Counted from the first letter of the stretch, positions 1 to 8,073 are shown. The stretch is 51,552 nucleotides of DNA from a virus (IMGVR_UViG_3300027987_000379:1-51552); one strand, 5' to 3'. Made by a program: numbers and translations. Notes: generated by a model from the sequence alone, not told the origin.

Positions 1-54
1 ATGAATCTAATCTAACGCCGCACGGTTACCAAATCAACCCCAAAGGACACCGCG
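1..54. repeat. Terminal direct repeat, left copy (circular overlap)
   Basis: 1-54 equals 51499-51552 except position 17 (G) vs 51515 (A). Confidence 0.95.
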
Positions 55-112
55 AAGGACTTTTTTGGGAGAAATCCAACCAAACCGTGGTGCAGATTAC
101 AAAAGAAACACG

Positions 113-141
113 TTTACACTGGTAACCATATATGGCACAAT
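113..141 (+). promoter_or_regulatory. Sigma70-like promoter for RHH gene
   Basis: TTTACA(113-118)-17 bp-CACAAT(136-141); GGAGGG RBS at 163-168. Confidence 0.55.
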
Positions 142-178
142 AGGCACCATAAACAGTTGTCTGGAGGGACGCGGATAG

Positions 179-352
179 ATGGGACGCAAGCCAAGTAAAA
201 GCAAGAACAAGGAAAAGCGCATCAATATCAGATTGTCTGAGCAGGAGCTGCAGACGGTCCAGAGGGCGGCAGAGCTAAAGAGCCTAACGCCTGGCACCTA
301 TGCTCGTATGGTTGTTTTGGAGCGCGCCAGGCTAACGATTCGCGACGATTAG
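179..352 (+). CDS. Ribbon-helix-helix DNA-binding protein (MobC/DUF1778-like), 57 aa, not in ORF track
   Basis: MGRKPSKSKNKEKRINIRLSEQELQTVQRAAELKSLTPGTYARMVVLERA: alternating beta strand plus two helices; RBS present. Confidence 0.75.
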   Translation: MGRKPSKSKNKEKRINIRLSEQELQTVQRAAELKSLTPGTYARMVVLERARLTIRDD

Positions 353-362
353 GTAGGCTGAT

Positions 363-563
363 ATGTTGCACAAGGAGAGCGGAGGGTCATCGATGCTGGA
401 CAGGTTGTTGTTGGTAATTAGCATCATGATATTGATTCTCTGCGTCGCTGTATGTGCTGGATACCTAATCCTGGCTTTTCATACATCATTGTATGAGGAC
501 AAAAATGGGTTGCCAATCATTATTGAGAGTACTCATCGCCAACAGGCTGAAGAAATCCATTAG
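363..563 (+). CDS. Small membrane protein
   Basis: One long hydrophobic segment; start may be the downstream ATG after GGAGGG. Confidence 0.5.
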   Translation: MLHKESGGSSMLDRLLLVISIMILILCVAVCAGYLILAFHTSLYEDKNGLPIIIESTHRQQAEEIH

Positions 564-658
564 CAATCCCATTGATAATATTGGACAGCACGCATCCGCG
601 GTGTCATGACAGGTATGATTTTGATATCCTTTGATTAACGCGCCGAAAAAGACGCATC

Positions 659-1138
659 ATGACATATAGATGGTATTATTTCCCAGGATATTTGATGGCT
701 CTCCCCGCAACGCTGATTGGCCTCTTATTCGCCATCATATATCGCCCCAAGAAATGGCAATGGTCGGATGGATGTCTCGAGGCTATTACCAGGCCATTTG
801 GTGGATTCCAGGCTCAAACTCATGGATGGATCATCTATTATCGTGACGATAGCTATAGACGAAACGAAAGCATGCGGGTGCATGAGCGTGTGCACGTCTT
901 GCAGGGATTCGTTGGCGGCCCCCTTTTCTTGCTGGCCTATGGGCTCCACTTCATATGGTTGTTTGCCAAGAAGCGTAGCTTTCAAAGAGCATACCGAGCA
1001 GTATGGGCTGAAAAAAAGGCTTATGACATCCAATGGGAATTCAGCGTTGGATTAAGGCCATATGCGTGGGGAAGTTACCAAAGGAAACAACTATCTTCAT
1101 CATCAAAATCATATGACTTCGATAGGCCTAAGTCGTAG
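659..1138 (+). CDS. Membrane-associated HExxH zinc-metallopeptidase-like protein
   Basis: RVHERVHVLQ motif, two hydrophobic segments, downstream WAEKKAY. Confidence 0.6.
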   Translation: MTYRWYYFPGYLMALPATLIGLLFAIIYRPKKWQWSDGCLEAITRPFGGFQAQTHGWIIYYRDDSYRRNESMRVHERVHVLQGFVGGPLFLLAYGLHFIWLFAKKRSFQRAYRAVWAEKKAYDIQWEFSVGLRPYAWGSYQRKQLSSSSKSYDFDRPKS

Positions 1139-1290
1139 AGGTCATCAAGCTCTTGCAGGAAGACATCTTTTGGCACAGCGCAAGAGGTGGCAAGTAGTAC
1201 AAGCTCAGCGCAGAGGATTGGGATCATATCTGCTGGCGGATACATTGCGATGATGCGACGAACTTGTTTCATTGCGATTTTGTCTATCAT
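1075..1290 (-). CDS. Hypothetical helical protein, probable paralog of 15833-16063
   Basis: Start at MIDKIAMK immediately after the 1292 stop; manual similarity to the 15833 ORF. Confidence 0.55.
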   Translation of the reverse strand: MIDKIAMKQVRRIIAMYPPADMIPILCAELVLLATSCAVPKDVFLQELDDLYDLGLSKSYDFDDEDSCFLW

Positions 1291-1291
1291 T

Positions 1292-2389
1292 TCAATAGAC
1301 CACCAGAGATGGGTATAGATACTTAATCCAGTCAAGCACTTTTTGGTGCTCTGGCGAGGCATCTGTGACATATGTGTTTGTTATGAATATCTGTTTAACG
1401 TTACCTTCAAGCTCCTGTAGGGAGCCGACCCGTCCTACAGGACCCCAGGTATTTGCCCCTGGCGCCCAGGCAGTAGCAAACGTTGACTCCGTACTGTTGT
1501 TGACTGCTACGGTCAACGTATTAGCGACATCGTTCGCGCTAAACCGCAGCAATGTCCATCCAAGCACTGCAGATCCTCCAATTTGGTTCCAGACGCCAGA
1601 AAAGATTCCTGGTCGTTGGTTGCCACCGGGGGATGCGTGAGGAAAGAACCCTATATTGCCGCCATCGCTCCATAATAAGTTTTTGATCCCAGTATTGTTA
1701 GGCAGCTCCATGAATACATATGCTGTAGTATTCGCTCCTATCGATTTTGCGCTGACGAATTGCAGAGAATCGGTTTCTGCTGGGTCATACCAGACAGTAG
1801 GAGTGCCATCGACATCCGATGCAATATATTTGGGGTCAAGCGCTGTGGGCACCCCATTGGTTAAATCGTTATTCGACAGGCTCCTGTCCTCCCAATCAGT
1901 AACCCTACCTGTTGATATCGTGACGCCGAAACTCGCATCAAACCACGCTGTCAAATTTACGCCGAATATTACGGACGGATTATCAGGTATCGGCTTTGGA
2001 AGTCCGAGGTCTGCGCGAACTACATTTGCTGCTTGCGCTGCCTTGGCCTCAGCCTTGATCGTAGCTATCTCTGTCGCATCAAGGTAATTGAGGACAACAT
2101 CTACACCGAGCTCATCGAGCGTCGGCGGCGAGACCCGTGCTCCCTGGCTAACTGTTACGATTTCACCTTCTGGCCTGTTAGAGTCTTTCCAAAGCCTCAG
2201 TAGCGGCCAATCGTTGACCACCTTGATTCCGGATCTGAGGACATTGTCATCAGTATCAAGGATGGTCATAAACCAAGCGCTTCCTCTGTCATTGTATCGA
2301 AGGTCAATTTTAAACTCGACACCATCCAGCTCTACCTCAAAGCTGTAGTTTGGTACGCCGACTGAGATGGGCAACTGCTCTATAGCCAT
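1292..2389 (-). CDS. Baseplate plug (DUF6983/Pam3 gp18-like) domain fused to LamG/concanavalin-A-like domain
   Basis: N-term PNYSFEVELDGVEFKIDLRYNDRGSAWFMTILD...GIKVV; C-term LTAWFDAS..VTDWEDRS...LEGNVKQIFI. Confidence 0.75.
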   Translation of the reverse strand: MAIEQLPISVGVPNYSFEVELDGVEFKIDLRYNDRGSAWFMTILDTDDNVLRSGIKVVNDWPLLRLWKDSNRPEGEIVTVSQGARVSPPTLDELGVDVVLNYLDATEIATIKAEAKAAQAANVVRADLGLPKPIPDNPSVIFGVNLTAWFDASFGVTISTGRVTDWEDRSLSNNDLTNGVPTALDPKYIASDVDGTPTVWYDPAETDSLQFVSAKSIGANTTAYVFMELPNNTGIKNLLWSDGGNIGFFPHASPGGNQRPGIFSGVWNQIGGSAVLGWTLLRFSANDVANTLTVAVNNSTESTFATAWAPGANTWGPVGRVGSLQELEGNVKQIFITNTYVTDASPEHQKVLDWIKYLYPSLVVY

Positions 2390-2435
2390 ATAAAGAGATT
2401 ATACCAGAAAACCTTTTGATCCACCGATATGTGGG

Positions 2436-2945
2436 TCATTTGGCGCATGATAGTTCGATCGGTGGGATCTGGATCACTATTTCAGACTTGCCGCTTCCGA
2501 GCAGTGAGGTAATTTCCTGCCCGTCAATTGCATCCGATATTACGATCTCAGACCCAAGGAAGAATCCATTGGGGCCAGAAAATCGTGAACATTGTTGCCA
2601 AATTTCATGTTCTCCCTCTACCTCGATGGTACCGGAAATCCTCGGTGCTGTCTTGGATGCTGATAGCGCTATGCCAGTTAACCACGTGAACAATATCTGA
2701 TTGTTGTCGATATCGTATGCTTCGACGCACACAGTAACATCACAAGGCTTGGCGTGTGTAAGCAAGCGATAGAATGATGGTTTGCGGTTTAGGATAATAC
2801 CGTCGATCTCGATAGCGCCAGCAGGGAGGATGCCTGCATCTGTGTTTAGTCGTCCAAAGTCACTGTGGCAGCCAGAGACAACAGCGATGAGCAATATAGG
2901 TGCACACCTAGGCCGGTGGGTTATATGAATAGAATGATCACGCAC
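2436..2945 (-). CDS. Hypothetical beta-rich protein (weak tail-tube resemblance; possible lipobox)
   Basis: 169-aa ORF, start uncertain. Confidence 0.5.
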   Translation of the reverse strand: MRDHSIHITHRPRCAPILLIAVVSGCHSDFGRLNTDAGILPAGAIEIDGIILNRKPSFYRLLTHAKPCDVTVCVEAYDIDNNQILFTWLTGIALSASKTAPRISGTIEVEGEHEIWQQCSRFSGPNGFFLGSEIVISDAIDGQEITSLLGSGKSEIVIQIPPIELSCAK

Positions 2946-2978
2946 AGATATTACTCATCGCAAAACATAGTGATGACT

Positions 2979-3182
2979 TTACATGCAAGAACGTCTGACG
3001 CTATGATGGAAAAGCCATGCAGTCCTTCTCGGGCCGGAGGGGTAACAGGGACCTTCCGGCCCAAACTCTTTCGAAGAGGAAAGCGAGACAGCGGACGGAA
3101 TGTATACAAAATCATCCGACACGATTATTGTTTTGGCTAAGGAACACCCGTCCACTGTCTCAATAATGAAACTTAACCCCAT
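2979..3182 (-). CDS. Hypothetical protein
   Basis: Overlaps the end of the upstream gene, same strand as operon. Confidence 0.4.
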   Translation of the reverse strand: MGLSFIIETVDGCSLAKTIIVSDDFVYIPSAVSLSSSKEFGPEGPCYPSGPRRTAWLFHHSVRRSCM

Positions 3183-3618
3183 TCCGTTTTAGATGCATAT
3201 CGATCGCGCCCTCGAACGCTTCACGAAACATCCGTCTAACTTTCATGACGGCATTGGGCACTGTCATCGGCAGCTTCCACTGATGCGCCACGTCGATGCT
3301 GAGCGATTCATTAATATGCAGCTTAAGACCAACATGCGTATTCATCTCCGCTGTCCAGGCACAGACAGCGAACTCGAATGATATCCACTCAGGCATGGAT
3401 AATTCACCAAGAAACGCTTCCAAGTCTCCGTTGCAGCGTATCTCATTATTTGGAAACATTGCCCCTTTGACCACCCCGTCCGATTTACAGGATGACATTG
3501 TGCCATTGACATCAAAAAAATGCATCCTCACGGTGTTTCGACGGATAACATTCTTATTGGTGACATGGCGTGGCCTAATCCCATTCGCCGTATTCATCAA
3601 GTCTGTCCTCCCAGTCAA
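3160..3618 (-). CDS. Hypothetical protein (start possibly 3525)
   Basis: Fills the leftward operon. Confidence 0.55.
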   Translation of the reverse strand: MTGRTDLMNTANGIRPRHVTNKNVIRRNTVRMHFFDVNGTMSSCKSDGVVKGAMFPNNEIRCNGDLEAFLGELSMPEWISFEFAVCAWTAEMNTHVGLKLHINESLSIDVAHQWKLPMTVPNAVMKVRRMFREAFEGAIDMHLKRNGVKFHY

Positions 3619-3760
3619 CTAGCATCATCTTTATAGGCCACTCTTTAGGCGAAAGCCGGAACTCTCCAGCATAGAACTCTTCAAACCTGTCGATCATGGA
3701 CTTTTTGAGACGAACAAATTCATCTATGGACAGTATGGTCATTGGGTTCATCAATTCCAC
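3575..3760 (-). CDS. Small phage hypothetical protein
   Basis: Operon packing; acidic/aromatic C-terminus. Confidence 0.55.
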   Translation of the reverse strand: MELMNPMTILSIDEFVRLKKSMIDRFEEFYAGEFRLSPKEWPIKMMLVDWEDRLDEYGEWD

Positions 3761-4020
3761 CGTTCCGCAGATGCGCTATATGCGGATTTAATCAGTAATT
3801 CAACTTGGCCATCAATCAACTCGACAATCATTAACGACATGGCCGAATAAGAAATGAACATCGCCTTAAGCGATTCAAGCATCCGCATCCTCATCTCCAG
3901 ACACTTGCCGCATCCTGGACTGCATGGTTTTTGTTTCAGCATCCCAATGGCATCTGCTGATGCTTTTGCTGCTCGTGGCATATATTGGACTATGAGGCTC
4001 TGGATGCGTTCAATGACCAT
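3751..4020 (-). CDS. Hypothetical protein with CxxxCxxC cluster
   Basis: MVIERIQSLIV...CSPGCGKC; start uncertain. Confidence 0.5.
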   Translation of the reverse strand: MVIERIQSLIVQYMPRAAKASADAIGMLKQKPCSPGCGKCLEMRMRMLESLKAMFISYSAMSLMIVELIDGQVELLIKSAYSASAERWN

Positions 4021-4350
4021 CGAGTCTATGTATACGCGAGCGCCGACATCTTGCCAAGCGAAAAAGCAAAGAAAATTACCACGCCATTCCACCATGTTTG
4101 CAGTGTTTTGCAGCTAACACTTCAGAAATATCTTGAGCTGAAGGTATAGCGACGCGTATACTGGTCTCATGAACACGAGTCCATTTGACCCAATACTTAA
4201 AAAAATGCGCGGGGAACGCTACCCGGAACAATCTTACACATCCATCAGGACGTATTCTCATAATGACCTGGGATGGATTGGGATGAGACTATTAGATATG
4301 TATTGTTGGCTTTGCAGGCGTGGGATATTGTAGTAATTATAGTAGTGCGC

Positions 4351-4539
4351 ATGGCAAAGAAGAAGACCACAATCAAGATTGCACGCCCGAGGCAACTCAA
4401 CCAGCGTTATACTGAGAGAGAATATGCCCTCATACAGGGAGCAATATTGAGATCTGGCAAAACTCAGAGCGAGTGGATAAGGGATATGCTCGTTTCGTCG
4501 GCTCAGGTATGTCCCTGCTGTCATCAAGAGATTGGGTAG
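4351..4539 (+). CDS. Second RHH-like regulator with C-terminal CPCC motif
   Basis: RQLNQRYTEREYALIQGAILRSGKTQSEWIRDML; TATAGT 7 nt upstream of ATG. Confidence 0.7.
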   Translation: MAKKKTTIKIARPRQLNQRYTEREYALIQGAILRSGKTQSEWIRDMLVSSAQVCPCCHQEIG

Positions 4540-5016
4540 TGGGAAAAATGTCAAAAGGAACCCTTGCTGTCTGTTGGTGATACGCTAAATGAAACGCGCT
4601 ATAGAATCACAGCCAATCATTGAACTCCCAGGTAGCAATAGGGTCATTATGGATTTCGCGATTGGCATGCATTTCAGCATCCTGCTCACGCAGAGTACGA
4701 AAATAGAAAAGCCAATAAATATCCCCTAATGGCAGCCCTTGTATCATCACGCTGATGATGATCCAGGATAGTAATTGGTGGCCATTTGGTATCATTTGAT
4801 GAGTCCTTCATATGGCCAATTTGCCATGCTAATTGCAGCAATGAAGAATATAATGATTTTGATCACGGATATGGCGAATACCCTCCAGGTCTACATGGCT
4901 CATTGGAGATGGTTTATGAACCAACAATTGAGCTCGGTCCTGGTTCTCGATCATTGCTGTCAATGATGACATGCAATGGTGATCGGTTCTGTGGAGAACT
5001 CGTACGGTTTATTTAG

Positions 5017-5319
5017 CTATTTGTTAGCTATCAGCTCACGATATACTTCAATTGTGCGGTCTAGGGCGTCTTTTCCGTTGCAGCAGATGATGACCGTCTC
5101 AAGGAGTTTGACATATGCACTGTCTCCTCCTCTGTGCTCTTCAATATACCTCTTGAGCTTACCGACTTCGATGATCAGTCTCTTTCTCTCTTCGTCGAGC
5201 CTGTTATTTGCATCGATCGCATTATTCAGACGAAACTGCATCTGATCGAACTCTTTAGCCATATCTTCTCTGCGCTTCTCAAGAAGACTTTCTACCACTG
5301 CCGATTTTTTTACGGTCAT
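5017..5319 (-). CDS. Coiled-coil hypothetical protein
   Basis: Heptad-like charged helix. Confidence 0.65.
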   Translation of the reverse strand: MTVKKSAVVESLLEKRREDMAKEFDQMQFRLNNAIDANNRLDEERKRLIIEVGKLKRYIEEHRGGDSAYVKLLETVIICCNGKDALDRTIEVYRELIANK

Positions 5320-5324
5320 TGAGA

Positions 5325-5477
5325 TTACCTGTATGGGTGCGCTTTGAGCGATTCTCGCTTTACACGTCGATAGTAAAGACGATGTTTAAGGAGTAAATTC
5401 ATTATTCCTAATGTAACGATTGGGACCTGAACGATTGCCCAAATCAAGATAGCCCATTCTGGGATAATGATGGTCAT
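5325..5477 (-). CDS. Small single-TM protein, 50 aa, not in ORF track
   Basis: MTIIIPEWAILIWAIVQVPIVTLGIMNLLLKHRLYYRRVKR; ATGA overlap with upstream gene. Confidence 0.5.
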   Translation of the reverse strand: MTIIIPEWAILIWAIVQVPIVTLGIMNLLLKHRLYYRRVKRESLKAHPYR

Positions 5478-5701
5478 GCCGCCCTTTTGCCACAAGTATC
5501 AAAATGGCAGGTATAGATATCCTTGATAACTAGTTCATTGGCGCGTGCCATGAATGCTGTTGGAATGCCATCATCCTCGTTATCGAGCCAAAACCCTTTG
5601 GCTGATGAGTTAGGAACTTCGTCCATAGGCATCCACTCCCCATTCGATGATTTAGCCCAAAAGATTGTCGCTGAACAATTTTTACATACTGTTGTACGCA
5701 T
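5474..5701 (-). CDS. Zinc-finger protein (CxxC...HxxxC)
   Basis: CKNCSATIFWAKSSNGEWMPMD...CHFDTC; strong RBS. Confidence 0.75.
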   Translation of the reverse strand: MRTTVCKNCSATIFWAKSSNGEWMPMDEVPNSSAKGFWLDNEDDGIPTAFMARANELVIKDIYTCHFDTCGKRAA

Positions 5702-5713
5702 CCCATCCTCCTT

Positions 5714-6007
5714 TTACTTGGGTCTAATCTCTATCCATTCCACCGGCGTCTCCGCCGCAATCAATTTCAAATCGTTAACTGTCTGCCCTCCGTCTATTCG
5801 GACCATGGCGTCGCCATTATTCATCGACCAGGCAACAACAACTTCTTTGAAGTCTCCATCAATATATGCCATGATGATATCACCGCCAAGACAGCGTGAT
5901 ATTGTTCCGGGAGTTCCCATTTGGGCAGTTTTATCCTTTGGTGACGTCCTTCTCGTGACACTGTTCGGGAATGATTTTTTATCTATGTCTTCTAGCAAAA
6001 TTGTCAT
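5714..6007 (-). CDS. Hypothetical protein
   Basis: ATGA overlap with the DUF3310 gene. Confidence 0.6.
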   Translation of the reverse strand: MTILLEDIDKKSFPNSVTRRTSPKDKTAQMGTPGTISRCLGGDIIMAYIDGDFKEVVVAWSMNNGDAMVRIDGGQTVNDLKLIAAETPVEWIEIRPK

Positions 6008-6252
6008 TTTGTCTGCCCTTCTGCCTTGGTGGACTCAAGGGTCTCACGCATCCACCGGATATAATCTTCAGCCTTTCTCGCTTCATATAAAGAGTCATCC
6101 TTCTCGCCAAATCTAAATAAATACTTAAAGGCAGTAAGACGGCAGAATGCTACGAACTCGCTCGGGGTAGCAATGGCTCGCATAACATCGATACATTCGA
6201 TTCCTCCACGCATATAATGCGTGACATCTCTGAATTTGGTGGTTGATTTCAT
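6004..6252 (-). CDS. DUF3310 (SaV/T7 gp1.7-like) protein
   Basis: HYMRGGIECID...KYLFRFGEK...EARKAEDYI. Confidence 0.85.
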   Translation of the reverse strand: MKSTTKFRDVTHYMRGGIECIDVMRAIATPSEFVAFCRLTAFKYLFRFGEKDDSLYEARKAEDYIRWMRETLESTKAEGQTK

Positions 6253-6728
6253 ATCTCTCCTATGACCACGGTAACGCCAATAATAGGCCCGCCCTCCTCC
6301 TTTTTTTGGGCCGGAGTAAACTCAAACATCTTATGGGCGGAGATGGCTACGAGCTGGCTATCATCCTCCCAGAGTCCAGAATCGGTAATACTGTCCTCCA
6401 CTGCTCTCACCAGCTTCGATAGGTCTGGCTTTGTAATCTTGGTATTCGGGTATCCAGCCCGAAACTCACCATTTTTTTTAAGATAGTTTGCTGGGATCGG
6501 AAAAACGAACTCGAAATGTCCATGCAATGGCCCTATCATCATTTGTCCATCTAAAAGGCGTGATCTTGCTTGGGCCGCATATAGCGTTACGGCTTTCCTC
6601 CATTGAGAATGCCCTTTGGTGGATTCATAAAGCCTATGCCTGCGGGGGTCATACCTATGGTTCCCCTGCGAAACAGGCACACCAGGGACGATAAAGCGAA
6701 TGGTCTTTTTATCTTTTGTGGTACTCAT
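6249..6728 (-). CDS. rusA: RusA-family Holliday junction resolvase
   Basis: VPGVPVSQG; KPDLSKLVRAVEDSIT..LWEDDSQLV. Confidence 0.9.
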   Translation of the reverse strand: MSTTKDKKTIRFIVPGVPVSQGNHRYDPRRHRLYESTKGHSQWRKAVTLYAAQARSRLLDGQMMIGPLHGHFEFVFPIPANYLKKNGEFRAGYPNTKITKPDLSKLVRAVEDSITDSGLWEDDSQLVAISAHKMFEFTPAQKKEEGGPIIGVTVVIGEI

Positions 6729-6738
6729 TTTTTATTTT

Positions 6739-6999
6739 TCAAAATATGGTGACAATTATGAGACATAATAGAAAACCAATGCCGATCATCCTAACCATTG
6801 GCCATGGCATAGGCTTGCTAAGCTTGCTTTCCTGATTCCAGCGTGCCCACTCGAACAATTGCCCTCTCGTCATTCGCCAATGTCTACTAGCGTCAGGCCT
6901 CCATCCGCTATCTTTCAACTTCCATGTGACAGGAGCATGATTGGGTCGCAAAACAAATGGTTTCGATTCGATCGATAACAGCTTCAATTCTGGTTTCAT
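6739..6999 (-). CDS. Hypothetical protein with C-terminal TM helix
   Basis: RBS GAGGA; hydrophobic C-terminus. Confidence 0.55.
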   Translation of the reverse strand: MKPELKLLSIESKPFVLRPNHAPVTWKLKDSGWRPDASRHWRMTRGQLFEWARWNQESKLSKPMPWPMVRMIGIGFLLCLIIVTIF

Positions 7000-7010
7000 A
7001 GGTCCTCATT

Positions 7011-7562
7011 TCAGCTAGTCCTAAAAATCGCGCAGTCGCACGGAGGCGTCGCAGGAGGAACATTTGTCCAAAACACTGCACAGTTTCCGGGTGCAACTGA
7101 AGGTTGTCCATGTACTCGCTGTTTGCGAATGATCTTGCCAGTCTTGTCATGCTTCTCTTCTATGGTCTCGCCTCCCCATATAAAGGAAATGCGATTCCTT
7201 GGCCATATGAGCCATCCTGATACAAAAAATGGCCACGGATCTAGCTGCCTTATCGCTTCCACGTTGAATTGACACCACACAAAGCGCATTCGACCCTGAT
7301 GGCGAATTTGTTCCTCAATGTACTTTCGCCACCACGCTTGGCCCGATCGTCGACTTCCAGGATGATTGCAATATGCAACATCACCCCAATCGCAGGCTAG
7401 ACCATCGCCATCATCAGGACTCCATGCGGCAGGACACGGATCATATATCTGGTGAATCGGTGCTCCCAGCGTTCTCGATATCCAATCCCACCACTCAGGA
7501 GGTGTCCACCAATCAGGAGAATAGTCTCGATGCCGGAGACTGATGTTTTCAGGCTGCCTCAT
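7011..7562 (-). CDS. Phage Dam-like (PF05869-type) DNA N6-adenine methyltransferase with atypical NHPG motif
   Basis: DWWTPPE, YDPCP, DGLACDW, AYCNHPGS, WWRK, RISF. Confidence 0.75.
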   Translation of the reverse strand: MRQPENISLRHRDYSPDWWTPPEWWDWISRTLGAPIHQIYDPCPAAWSPDDGDGLACDWGDVAYCNHPGSRRSGQAWWRKYIEEQIRHQGRMRFVWCQFNVEAIRQLDPWPFFVSGWLIWPRNRISFIWGGETIEEKHDKTGKIIRKQRVHGQPSVAPGNCAVFWTNVPPATPPCDCAIFRTS

Positions 7563-7563
7563 G

Positions 7564-8073
7564 CTATATGCCATTGCCATGAATGAATTCACGACAGTCG
7601 TTGCAGCACTCCAGCATCCTCTGTCTCATTAATTTGATCGTTCTCGTCTTCGGATCCTTATAGACAGAATGCAACGAGCATGATTCTGGACATCCGCAAG
7701 AAAATGCAATGCGTTCTGTTTTGCAGAATCTCATTGCATTGCTCAATGACTTTCTCGTTACGAAGCTAATGCTAGCAAACTGCTTGCATGTGAGTCTTTC
7801 GATCATTTGTGCGATGATTTCCTCGATAGAAAGTGTTGGATCTTTCAGGATCGGAGATACCTTCGTTGCTAGAAGTCTAAGCACGTCTTGTCGTTGCTTA
7901 TTCGTTCTCTTTTTCCCTGAGAGAGGCGAGTGCAGAGCATCTACAACTTTCGTGATCCACGCCTTGTCGCGCTCTCCCAGCTGAGAGCATGATTCCTGTA
8001 GTCGCATTAATGTTCTTGTGCCGGGGGGCAGTCCGATTTTTCGTGCCTGCGCCCCGTTTTTGTGACCTGCCAT
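7564..8073 (-). CDS. Hypothetical Cys-rich basic protein
   Basis: RBS AAAGGA; 169 aa. Confidence 0.6.
   Translation of the reverse strand: MAGHKNGAQARKIGLPPGTRTLMRLQESCSQLGERDKAWITKVVDALHSPLSGKKRTNKQRQDVLRLLATKVSPILKDPTLSIEEIIAQMIERLTCKQFASISFVTRKSLSNAMRFCKTERIAFSCGCPESCSLHSVYKDPKTRTIKLMRQRMLECCNDCREFIHGNGI

Noticed and set aside
1-54. Terminal repeats as attL/attR of an integrated prophage
   Set aside because: No integrase recognised and no host flanks; the repeat contains a promoter and truncates a start codon at position 1, which fits a circular overlap better.
97-297. Minus-strand 66-aa ORF from the track
   Set aside because: Shadow of the better supported plus-strand RHH gene 179-352.
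4540-5016. Short ORFs on both strands
   Set aside because: Competing short frames without motifs; could not decide which, if any, is real.
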